64,000 nt of DNA, taken from positions 26,091-90,090 of the forward strand of contig CDMY01000508.1 of NCBI GenBank assembly GCA_001179505.1. The letters are read 5' to 3'. The notes below the pieces were generated by a model. That model worked only from the letters and a program-made list of their open reading frames with translations. It was not told where the DNA came from and searched no databases. This document shows positions 49,449 to 61,800 of this stretch, one piece after another (the stretch's first letter is position 1; the number at the start of each line of letters is the position of its first letter). A program made the position numbers and the translations under genes. Source of the DNA: Vitrella brassicaformis CCMP3155 (lineage: Eukaryota; Protista; Chromerida).

Positions 49449-52400
49449 TCAGTCATCAGTGTTGGTCGCACCCGATGAAGGCAGGCCGCTGCACGCATCG
49501 TAGCCGGGCTCGGCTGACGTTGACACGGCCACGCTGTCCTTCTCGTCACTGCTCAGCCGATGCCAATCGACACGCATGAGGCTGTAGGGAGGCGTCAGGG
49601 CGACGCCATCAGGATCGCTCTGCAGCCGCGATTGGATTTAGCCGACGGGCGACGATGCGCCGCTCATCGGCACGTCCTCTGCTGCATCGTCACACGGCGT
49701 CTCGACCACAGTGGGCGCGAGGCTCGCGAGGACCTCAGGGATGGCATCCTGCAGACAGTGGGACGAACGACACAGGTGGGTATGAGCGCAGACACAGACG
49801 AGCACCAAGCGTCTCTCTCACCCGTCGGCTGCCCGCCTCGATGAGTGTTCGTTTGGCCTTGCAGAACACCTCATAGAGCCCACGCCAGCCGCCGTTCAAG
49901 TGCTGGTGGTCCGTCGGTGCCTCAGTGTCGGCCTTCTCCAGATCGCTGTCGTCGGCCGTCCGCCTTAGTGCCTGTTGCTGGTGCATCTCCTCTCTCGTGA
50001 CGAGCTCGTCCACCACATAGGCGAGGTTGGCCTGGAGGTCGTGCAGCGTGATGCCCGCAGAGACGTCGAAAAGCTCCGGGTGGCCATCTGGTTCATCACT
50101 GGACGGCTTGCCGGCATCCACTCGAATCGAAACTGAACGCAGCACCGCCACGCGAAAGCTCTGTGTGTGAAAGGTGTCTAAGCAGCAACTGACCTTCGCT
50201 AGAGCACTGGTTGCGGAATACATTGGAGAGGTCGCTCGTCCGCATGTGCCGCAATTTCTGCTCAGCCAGCCAAACAAACAAACACACAGTCACGGACATG
50301 AGCAGGTCCTCCCTTGTTGCCTTGCTTACGGTGGCGCTGCCGTCGTCGGGTTTCGGCAGGTGGACGACCACGTGGCCTCCTCGTCGGCTGCGCATCTCCA
50401 GCCGCTTCTGCCTCAGGCTCTGTACCAGGAATGCATTGCTCCACAGAAACTCATGGCTGAACAGACCACCAACAGGAGACATCGGCGAGCCTCTCATTAT
50501 TTGCAGTGCTACTGGTATGTGTATGTGCTTACAGGTCATTAGGCACGTTTGTGAGTTTGAGTTTCTCTATGGCGTCCTGCACGGCGGCTGATGTCAGCTG
50601 CATGGCCACCACCACACGATGCACCGGCCGGCCGACGTACGGAGAGGCAGCAGCAGCAGGGTGGCCGTCGGCACAGAGGGCCACGTTGGACCAGTCATAG
50701 AAGATCTTGGGGGAGACGCGTCGTCTGTCCTCCTCTCTGCGGATGAGCCACGACACTAAGGGGTCCGTCACACAACCGGACATCAAACGGGCTGAACAAA
50801 CGATACACGCAGCCAGGTAGAATGAACGTGAAGACTGTGTGCTCCTCCGTTGCCCACCGATGGCCTTTCTGCGGTCAGTGAATGCCGTGTATCTGTAACC
50901 AATTTGCAGCAGACCATACCGACATATCTGCGCCCCCAATGTAACATAGTGCGCCAGATTGGCCACGACAACCACTAGCACAAGGCCGATCGTCAACACT
51001 AGAGAGGTCCCCTCGGGCAGCATGACAACAAACTGCATGACGAACAGCGACATGAGCCACACCAGCAGCCCACGCAGCTCAGACCGATTGAGGATGTCCA
51101 TGTTGCCTCGATCGAATGGCCACACGATGAGCTGCAGCGCCAGACACACACTGGCAACTACATTCCAGCTGAGCAGCTGTTGGCGGGGCTGCGCCGTCGC
51201 TTGTTGTGCGATAAGGAGCACCAATACACGCCGCATCGCAAGGATGGCGTCCCAATAGTAGAAGTTTCTACGATAGCCCGCATAGAGGAAGCCTACTCGC
51301 CGTCGAGTGTGGTGGTCCTGCAGGCCGTCTCTATGCCGCCAAAGGAACGCCACGCCGCACACCACAGGAGCCAGTGTCCACAGCAATAGACCAGCCACGG
51401 CAGTCCAGAGGAAAGGGGCATGCTCGGCCGATCGGCAGATGACGCGGGAGTCGAGGTCCATTCGGGGCCGCATGTCATCCATCGGATCAGTGGGAAGCAG
51501 ACCGACACTCTGTCCCGAGGCAACAGGAATGACATCGTCCACATAGGGGTAAGGCCGGCAGCGCAGGAGGGCCAGCATGTTCTTGGTCACTGTGGGATGG
51601 AGAAAGGTGAGGATGACGACCATCATCCCTCCCCGGTTGTCGAGCCACTGCCGCCATCGGCCGCTCTTAGGCGGCTCCGCTGACGAACGCTGACAGGAGG
51701 GAGGCGTCACTGGCTCGGTTCGGGAGTCATTCTGGAATGTGACCGATCGCTGGTGAGGGCCGTGTGCGGCATCCGTGTCTGCTTTGCCATTTGTCATGGA
51801 TAGGGGCGCTGAGAGAGCTCAAAGGTAGGTGTCGGTGGCCAATGAGGTCGACTCGTCGCTGCCAATGCGCCGTCTCGACTTCAAGGCACCACGCGCTCGG
51901 TCAAAGCCGCTCGCTGCAGCCGTGACACGACAAGGTGGAAATGACCACAATGCACTGTCTTGAAGAATACGTATGTGTATATCTGCGCGGTTACCAATGA
52001 GGGGCACAGCAGTGAGCCAGACGAGTGGCAGCCCCAACCAGATGGCGTGTCGATAGACCACGCATTTGTCACCCACGTAAGGCCTCAGCAGACACTCCCA
52101 CACCTGATAGCTTTGCGCGATGCCGCCATCCCAGGCGAAGAAGCTGCCGAGCAGCGAGGATATCTGGTCGCCCCAGATGGACGACTTGTCAAACGCGAGA
52201 AAGGCCAAACCGCACACCTGCACACACACACCCCACCAGCAACAACAGAGGTGATGAGAGGCGAGTGCGTGTTCTTCTGCATCTCTCAACGTACAGCGGT
52301 GATGTGCGAGAGTTCGATTTTGGTCAATTGAGAGGGCACCTCAGCGCGCAGAGACGAAGCCGCCCTGCACAGACAGACAGACACACACACACACACAAGC

Positions 52401-52525
52401 AACACGAAAAGCGATCGAGTTAAAGCCTTGGATGGAAGATGGACCTCTCGGCGAGTAGGGTGAGTATGAAGATGGCCATAAGAGTGGCGACCACGAGCAG
52501 CACATTGACCAGCACAATCTGCCAT
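49449..52525 (-). pseudogene. 3' half (multi-TM and cytosolic tail) of a CRMP-like receptor, cut by satellite at its 5' side
   Basis: ILTFLHPTVTKNMLALLRCRPYP, GFLYAGYRRNFYYWDA, WPFDRGNMDILNRSE are paralogous to 38.6-40.2 kb. Possible internal TAA at 49638-49640. Confidence 0.8.
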
Positions 52526-53987
52526 CTGCGCACGCACGTGTGGACTTGGAGTGTGCGTATCTCATGAATATCTCTGTGCGCACACCTGCGCACGCACGTG
52601 TCGACTTGGATGAGTGTTTGTATATGATGACCGTCTGTGTGCGCACATCTGCGCACGCACGTGTGGACTTGGAGTGTGTGTATGTCATGAATGTCTCTTT
52701 GCGCCCCCATGAATGTCTGTGTGCGCACACCTGCGCACGCACGTGTGTGTATCTTATGAATGTCTCTATGCGCTCCCCTGCGCACCCACGTGTGTGTATC
52801 TCATGAATGTCTCTATGCGCACATCTGCGCACACACGTGTGGACATGGAGTGTTTGTATCTCATGAATGTCTCTATGCACACCCCTGCGCACGCACGTGT
52901 GCGCACGCACGTGTGGACTTGGAGTGTGTGTATCTCATGAATGTCTCTGTGCGCACCTCTGCGCTCGCACGTGTGGACTTGGAGTGTGTGTATCTCATGA
53001 ATGTCTCTGTGCGCACCCCTGCACACGCACGTGTCGACTTGAAGTCTTTGTATCTCATGACTGTCTCTGTGCGCACCTCTGCGCACGCACGTGTGGACTT
53101 GGAGTGTGCGTATCTCATGAATGTCTCTGTGCGCACATCTGCACACGCACGTGTGGACTTGAAGTGTTTGTATCTCATGAATGTCTCTGTGCGCACCTCT
53201 GCGCACGCACTTGTGGACTTGGAGTGTGTGTATCTCATGAATGTCTCTATGCACACCCCTGCGCACGCACGTGTGGACTTGGAGTGTGTGTATCTCATGA
53301 ATGTCTCTGTGCGCACATCTGCGCACGCACGTGTCGACTTGAAGTGTGTATATCTCATAAATGTCTCTATGCACACCCCTGCGCACGCACGTGTGGACTT
53401 AAAGTGTGTGTATCTCATGACGAATGTCTCTATGCGCACACCTGCGCATGCACGTTTGGACTTGGAGTGTGCGTATATGACGAATGTCATGCGCACACCT
53501 GCGNNNNNNNNNNNNNNNNNNNNNNNNNNNNNNNNNNNNNNNNNNNNNNNNNNNNNNNNNNNNNNNNNNNNNNNNNNNNNNNNNNNNNNNNNNNNNNNNN
53601 NNNNNNNNNNNNNNNNNNNNNNNNNNNNNNNNNNNNNNNNNNNNNNNNNNNNNNNNNNNNNNNNNNNNNNNNNNNNNNNNNNNNNNNNNNNNNNNNNNNN
53701 NNNNNNNNNNNNNNNNNNNNNNNNNNNNNNNNNNNNNNNNNNNNNNNNNNNNNNNNNNNNNNNNNNNNNNNNNNNNNNNNNNNNNNNNNNNNNNNNNNNN
53801 NNNTGTATATGACGAATGTCTATGTGCGCCTATCTGCGCATGCACCCGTCGACTTGGAGTGTGTATATATGATGAATGTCTGTGTGCGCACACCTGCGCA
53901 TGCACGTTTGGAGTTGGAGTATGTGTATATGACGAATGTCTCTATGCGCACACCTGCGCATGCACGTTTGGACTTGGAATGTGCGTG
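52526..53987. repeat. 60-bp minisatellite array, orientation B, containing a gap; degenerate copy also at ~54318-54430
   Basis: Directly visible tandem units. Confidence 0.95.
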
Positions 53988-55226
53988 CCGTACAGTCTTT
54001 GAGATGTCTCTCCTATCAACACAACCGCCCGTGACAGCATACAACATAGGCCTGACGTCTGGTTTGCGGTCCTTCTCCCTCACTGACCTGCAGCCTAGTA
54101 GTTCGCTCCCCCTCTCCCTCACTACTGTGTCCATGCTGTGCAGCTCTCTCTTTGCATCTCTGTAAAGCGCCTTCTACTCCCACATACCGACCCATGAAAC
54201 CCTTACGCCTTACAAAACACCAGAAACCAGTGCAAACGACAAAAACATACCTGCAACGGCCATCATTCACGATGCAGAATGCATGATCCCTACATAGACA
54301 CACATCAAGCCCAAAGGTGCGTGCGCAGGTGTGTGCGCACAGAGACGTTCATTATATGCACACCCTCTAAATCCAGACGTGCATGCGTAGGTGTCTGCAC
54401 ACTCCAAGTCGACCTGTGCATGCGCAGATATGCGCGCAGGGAGGCACTCTTCTAGGTAGCTGCTTCATAATTGGATAAGGAAGCGCTGCATTTCTTGTCT
54501 AGATCACACTACTCTATACACGTACTTCTACGTTGCAAACTCTCCTGACCCTGCTTTTCTGTAGCTGATTCCGTTGCGGTTCTGCTCGGACACGTCAAGA
54601 CAAGTCAAGACGTCATTTGCCGTCCCGTTGCGTGTGCTCCAGCAGATCTCGAGGTGGCTCTTCCGATCTCAAGCACGCTCCCAACCATCATTCACGAGGC
54701 AGTCAGAGTCAGCGCATCAGTGAGTAAAGCCAATGGGCGCGGTGAGCGCTTCTACGGAAGGGAATCTCTCCCAACCAACCTCACTGACTCGCCTTGCTTC
54801 AGTGTGTCAAGCTGAACAGCTTGGAAGCGAACAGGAAAAAACGGCTGGCAGCAAACCCTGATCGGACGCTTCTTGCCCACTGGGCGAGCCACAGCAGAAA
54901 ACGTCAGGCCCGGTTGCATTCATGCACACAGCAAGCAAGCAAAGATGAGAGAGATAGTGAGTCGATGCTAGCCGACAAGACAATCAGACACGCGTTATTC
55001 CCCAGATGGGTGCCCTCTGTCTACCTTCTCAACACCAACGCACAACCTCTCCCATCCCCATTCATTCACTGTGACGCACAGACATAGTCAGCCATCACGT
55101 CGTGTAAAGACAGGTACGCTCCTCCTCTCGTTTCTGCTTCTTCACTCCTCTTCTCGTCTCTGCATCTTCTCTACTCCTCTTCTCGGCTCTGCTTGTTCAG
55201 TACTGACGTGCTGGTCATTCGCTGTT

Positions 55227-55857
55227 GTAAGTAAGATCCATGGCTGGTCGACAGAGGTGTGCTCACGGCGTCTTGGTTGCTGCGTGCGTCTGCCTGTGGT
55301 GTGTTCAGGGCCCAAGTGAGTTACTCGATGGATGGATGGATGATCGCTGCGTACATTTTTTATTGGCCGGTCCGGGGTGTTGTTTCTTTCAACACCTCGG
55401 CCTTGTCTCTCTCAAGTAAGTAAGATCCATGGCTGGTCGACAGAGGTGTGCTCACGGCGTCTTGGTTGCTGCGTGCGTCTGTCTGTGGTGTGTTCAGGGC
55501 CCGAGCGAGTTACTTGATGGATGGATGATCGCTGCGTACATTTTATATTGGCCGGTCCGGGGTGTTGTCTTTTTCAACACCTCGGGCTTGTCTCTCTCAA
55601 GTAAGTAAGATCCATGGCTGGTCGACAGAGGTGTGCTCACGGCGTCTTGGTTGCTGCGTGCGTCTGCCTGTGGTGTGTTCAGGGCCCGAGCGAGTTACTC
55701 GATGGATGGATGATCGCTGCGTACATTTTATATTGGCCGGTCCGGGGTGTTGTTTTTTTCAACACCTCGGCCTTGTCTCTCTCAAGTAAGTAAGATCCAT
55801 GGCTGGTCGACAGAGGTGTGCTCACGGCGTCTTGGTTGCTGCGTGCGTCTGTCTGTG
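55227..55857. repeat. Tandem repeat with a ~185-189-bp unit, 3.4 copies
   Basis: Units start GTAAGTAAGATCCATGGCTGG at 55227, 55416, 55601 and 55786. Confidence 0.95.
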
Positions 55858-58800
55858 GCGGGCATCAGCGGCCTGAGTCCATCACAGCTGCGATCTTACA
55901 TCCAGTCGGTGGTAGTTGAGTCGGCGGCTGGTGTGTTAGGACAGGAAGTGGTCGACGTCACTGCACCGCCTCTTAACTCCCCTCTGTGGGAGCTGGGTAT
56001 TGACTCACTCGGCGCCGTCGAATTCCGCAACGCCCTGTCCTCCAAGATCGGCATCAAGCTGCCCGCCACCACGCTCTTCGACTACCCGACGCTCAACGCC
56101 ATCATTGGTCTCATCTACAATGAGGTCTCCGGGGGGGTGGAGGAGGCGGCCGCTGTGGACGAGTGGGATGGGCCGTTGCCTGTGGCCATGTCTGAGAGCC
56201 TGGCTGTGGTGAGCGTGTCGTGCCGCCTGCCCGGCGCGGTGACAACCCNNNNNNNNNNNNNNNNNNNNNNNNNNNNNNNNNNNNNNNNNNNNNNNNNNNN
56301 NNNNNNNNNNNNNNNNNNNNNNNNNNNNNNNNNNNNNNNNNNNNNNNNNNNNNNNNNNNNNNNNNNNNNNNNNNNNNNNNNNNNNNNNNNNNNNNNNNNN
56401 NNNNNNNNNNNNNNNNNNNNNNNNNNNNNNNNNNNNNNNNNNNNNNNNNNNNNNNNNNNNNNNNNNNNNNNNNNNNNNNNNNNNNNNNNNNNNNNNNNNN
56501 NNNNNNNNNNNNNNNNNNNNNNNNNNNNNNNNNNNNNNNNNNNNNNNNATGCAGAGGGCCCAGCACATCGGCAAAGTCGTCATACAAATACCGAGCGCCC
56601 TCCGCCGCCCGATGGCAGGCACGGCAAACGAGGCATATGGGACTGCCGACCAGACCACAGATATCGACGGATGCTACGTCATCACGGGCGGCTTCGGGGG
56701 GCTCGGGCTCCTCGTGGCCGACTGGCTGGTGGAGGAGGGAGCCAAACACATCGCTCTTGTGTCGAGGCGCGGCAGGCCGACCGATGCGGTGGCTGCCTCT
56801 GAGCTGTGGAAGAAGCTGACGGCACCCGAGCCTCAGGGCCGCTCCAAAGCCGCCGTCCACTGCATGGCCGTGGACGTGTCCAGGAAGGACGAGTGCGAGA
56901 AGCTGTTTGCTGACCTCAAGAAGACCCTGCCCCCAGTGAGGGGCATCTTTCACGCAGCTGCGGTGCTTGACGACGCTGCACTCAACAACCAGACCAAAGA
57001 CAAGGTTGACAAGGTCTACTTGCCAAAGGTGAGTGAGCCCCTCAAGCTTGCTTCTACTCTCACTCATTCATTCACTGAGTCAGTCAGTCAGTCAGTCAGT
57101 CACTTGGGTTGTGAGGCAGCCAGCCAGGCCGTGACTGCTGCCCTCGCCCTTCCTCTTACTCACTCGCATCGCCAGTCACTCACACACTCTATCACTTTTT
57201 GCTTGCGCCAATCAGGCAGTCAGGCAGTCAGTCAGTCAGGCACTCACGAATTCCGTCGCTCTCTCACTCACTCAGACAGTCACTTCACTTTTGAGCCAGC
57301 CACTCCCCTCACGAGAAGTAGTACTCATCCATCGCTTCTGCCTCTTGTGTGTGTGCAGGTGATGGGTGCCTGGTACCTCCACGAGCTGTCGCTCGACGAG
57401 GAGACCCCTCTAGACCACTTCATGATGTTCTCTTCCGTCGCCCCACTACTCGGCAACTTTGGTCAGGCCAACTACTCGGCGGCCAACTCATGCCTGGACG
57501 CCCTCACCGAGTACCGGCGATCCAAGAAGCTCGCGGCGCAGAGCATTCAGTGGGGCCCGTGGATCCAGCAGGGCATGGCGGTCGAACTCAAGCAGCACCT
57601 CGACAAGGCGGGAATGCGCGGCATCACCAACGATCTTGGTCTTCGCGTCCTCGGCGACGTCATGCGGCACTCTGAGAGCGTCGGGGTCACGTGCTGTCAG
57701 GTCATCAAGTGGGACATCTTCCTGTCGAGGTACGATGTCATCCCGCCCTTCTTCGAGACAGTGCGGTCCGCTGCCACGCGGCGCGCGGCGGCAGGCGTGT
57801 CGGTTCAGCTGCGCAGCATGGATGCAGCGGCCCTCAAGGAGTACATCCACACGACAGTCGTGGATGAAGCTGCAGCGGTCCTCGGCATGACGGAAGTGCC
57901 GCCTCTGGATTCCCCTCTGCAGGAGCTGGGCATCGACTCACTCGGCGCCGTCGAATTCCGCAACGCCCTGTCCTCCAAGATCGGCGTCAAGCTGCCCGCC
58001 ACCACGCTCTTCGACTACCCGACGCTCAACGCCATCATTGACTTCATCTACAGTGAGGTCTCCGGGGGGGCGGAGGAGGCGGCCGCTGTGGACGAGTGGG
58101 GTGGGCCGTTGCCTGAGGCCATGTCTGAGAGCCTGGCTGTGGTGAGCGTGTCGTGCCGCCTGCCCGGCGCGGTNNNNNNNNNNNNNNNNNNNNNNNNNNN
58201 NNNNNNNNNNNNNNNNNNNNNNNNNNNNNNNNNNNNNNNNNNNNNNNNNNNNNNNNNNNNNNNNNNNNNNNNNNNNNNNNNNNNNNNNNNNNNNNNNNNN
58301 NNNNNNNNNNNNNNNNNNNNNNNNNNNNNNNNNNNNNNNNNNNNNNNNNNNNNNNNNNNNNNNNNNNNNNNNNNNNNNNNNNNNNNNNNNNNNNNNNNNN
58401 NNNNNNNNNNNNNNNNNNNNNNNNNNNNNNNNNNNNNNNNNNNNNNNNNNNNNNNNNNNNNNNNNNNNNNNNNACGTGTCCATGCACACAATCAAGCAGC
58501 CAGTCATCCACCCAGTCAGGAGACCCAACTGGAAGAATGAATGCATCGTCCCTCACGAACATTGTTCTCATCCATCACTTCCGTCTCGTGTGTGTGTATG
58601 CAGGTGATGGGTGCCTGGTACCTCCACGAGCTGTCCCTCGACAAGGAGACCCCTCTCGACCACTTCATGATGTTCTCTTCCGTCGCCTCACTACTCGGCA
58701 ACTTTGGTCAGGCCAACTACTCGGCGGCCAACTCATGCCTGGACGCCCTCACCGAGTACCGGCGATCCAAGAAGCTCGCGGCGCAGAGCATTCAGTGGGG

Positions 58801-61800
58801 CCCGTGGATCCAGCAGGGCATGGCGGTCGAACTCAAGCAGCACCTCGACAAGGCGGGAATGCGCGGCATCACCAACGATCTTGGTCTTCGCGTCCTCGGC
58901 GACGTCATGCGGCACTCTGAGAGCGTCGGGGTCACGTGCTGTCAGGTCATCAAGTGGGACATCTTCCTGTCGAGGTACGATGTCATCCCGCCCTTCTTCG
59001 AGACAGTGCGGTCCGCTGCCACGCGGCGCGCGGCGGCAGGCGTGTCGGTTCAGCTGCGCAGCATGGATGCAGCGGCCCTCAAGGAGTACATCCACACGGC
59101 AGTCGTGGATGAAGCTGCAGCGGTCCTCGGCATGACGGAAGCGCCGCCTCTGGATTCCCCTCTGCAAGAGCTGGGCATCGACTCACTCGGCGCCGTCGAA
59201 TTCCGCAACGCCCTGTCCTCCAAGATCGGCGTCAAGCTGCCCGCCACCACGCTCTTCGACTACCCGACGCTCAACGCCATCATTGACTTCATCTACAGTG
59301 AGGTCTCCGGGGGGGCGGAGGAGGCGGCCGCTGTGGACGAGTGGGGTGGGCCGTTGCCTGAGGCCATGTCTGAGAGCCTGGCTGTGGTGAGCGTGTCGTG
59401 CCGCCTGCCCGGCGCGGTGACAACCCCGTCATCCTTCTGGNNNNNNNNNNNNNNNNNNNNNNNNNNNNNNNNNNNNNNNNNNNNNNNNNNNNNNNNNNNN
59501 NNNNNNNNNNNNNNNNNNNNNNNNNNNNNNNNNNNNNNNNNNNNNNNNNNNNNNNNNNNNNNNNNNNNNNNNNNNNNNNNNNNNNNNNNNNNNNNNNNNN
59601 NNNNNNNNNNNNNNNNNNNNNNNNNNNNNNNNNNNNNNNNNNNNNNNNNNNNNNNNNNNNNNNNNNNNNNNNNNNNNNNNNNNNNNNNNNNNNNNNNNNN
59701 NNNNNNNNNNNNNNNNNNNNNNNNNNNNNNNNNNNNNNNNCCGTGTACTTGCAATGCATGTACTGTATATATGTTTCCATGATTTGTCCTTGGATGCGAT
59801 GCGATGCGATGCGATGCAGGGTGTGTTGGGTCCGGGTCGCAGTGACGGCAACCCTCTTGTGCTGGGCGCTCTCAAGACCAACATCGGGCATCTGGAGGGA
59901 GCCGCGGGCATAGCGGGTCTCGCGAAGCTCATCATGACGCTCCTGCACGGCTGCGCGGCGCCCAACCTGTACTTCACTCAGCTGAACCCCTACCTTGACA
60001 TCGAGGGCTTCCCGGTGGTCTTCCCCACCGAGCCCGTGCCGCTCGTCTCTGGCCTGCCCGCCAAGGACCGCATGGTCGGCGGCGTCAGCTCCTTCGGGTT
60101 CGGCGGCGCCAATGCTCACGTCCTCGTGGAGGCCAAGGTGCTCGGGACAGCGCAGATCGACGAGATGCTCAACCGCCGGCGGCGCTGCAGAACAAGATCG
60201 GGTTCATGTTCACCGGGCAGGGGTCACAGTACGTCGACGTGCCGCTCGTCTCTGGCCTGCCCGCCAAGGACCGCATGGTCGGCGGCGTCAGCTCCTTCGG
60301 GTTCGGCGGCGCCAATGCTCACGTCCTCGTGGAGGCCAAGGTGCTCGGGACAGCGCAGATCGACGAGATGCTCAACGAGAAAGACAAGGCGCCGGCGGCC
60401 CTGCAGAAGAAGATCGGGTTCATGTTCACCGGGCAGGGGTCGCAGTACGTCGAGATGGGCCGCAAGCTCTACGACAACGAGGAGGTGTTCCGGAGCTGCA
60501 TCGACCAGTGCGCGACTGTCTTGGACCCGCTGCTGCCCGTGCCCCTCACGGGCATCCTCTACCCCAAGACAAACGACCAGGACAAGACCAAAATGCAGGA
60601 AATGATCGACCAGACTCGTTTCTCGCAGCCGCTGATCTTCGCGGTCGAGTATTCGTTGGCGGAGCTGCTGCGCAGCCGGGGTGTGACTCCCGATGTGGTC
60701 ATGGGCCACAGCATCGGCGAGTACGTGGCAGCCACCATCGCCGGCGTCATGAGCCTCGAGGACGGACTCAAGCTCATCGCGGAACGAGCACGAATCATGG
60801 ACGACGCTCCACAGAATGATGGCGTCATGGCCGCCTGTCGTCTCAGCGAGGAGGAGGTGCTCAAGGGCATTGCAAGTGTGGGCGAGGATGAGACCAGGAC
60901 CGTCTCTGTTGCGGCTGTCAACGGCCCCAAGAGTGTGGTGGTGTCTGGCAAGCGGAGCGAGGTCGAGGCCATGATGAAGGCGCTCAACGTGGGGGGCCGT
61001 TACAAGCTCCTCAGAGTGTCACATGCCTTCCACTCGCCGCTCATGGCCGAGACGGTGGCTCCCTTCCAGCAGGTGCTGTCCACCGTGAATCTCAAGACTG
61101 CCAAGATCCCCCTGATGTCCAACGTCAGCGGCAAGGTGGCCGGCGACGAGGTCATGCGGGGCGAGTACTGGGCCAAACACATCACCCACCCCGTGCGCTT
61201 CATGGACGGCATGCGAGCCATGGTCGAGGCCGGCGCCCGTGTGATCGTTGAGGTTGGCCCACGGCCCACACTTATCGGAATGGGCAAGCACTGCCTGCAA
61301 GACGTTGCCCAAGAGATGGACCTGCATTGGCTGGCGCCCATGGACCCCACCAAGGACGACCAGGACGGTGTCAGCCTCACGATCGCGACGTGCCTCGCCA
61401 AGCTCAAGGGCACTCACCAGTGGAATCACCGGAGCTTTCCGTGGGTCGAGGCGGCCCATCCTGCGCTCGGTCGCCGGCACACGACCCCGACCGGCCTGAC
61501 CTTCGAAGCCACCCTGCGACAAGACCTCAAGGCGCTCATCGAGGACCACGTCGTCCTCGGTCAGCCACACACACCTCCTTGCTGCTTGAAGCACACATCA
61601 TGCGGCTGTGTTTCTATGCCTTGATTTGTACGCAGGCATGCCTCTGATGCCCGGCGCAGGGTAAATTGACATTATGGCCAGTGCAGGCCTGGCGGCTGCG
61701 CAGGCGGAGAGGGGCGCCAAGACGTCATCGGCGGAGGAGCTGGTGCACCTGGAGGAGGTGTCGTTTGAGCGGCCGCTTATGCTGGCCAAAGCTGACGACA

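Noticed and set aside
55390-55425. Dinoflagellate-type spliced leader (unit contains ...CTCAAG)
   Set aside because: Only six nt match, the CCGTAGCCATTTTGG part is absent, GT does not follow the AAG, and no canonical Sm site was seen.
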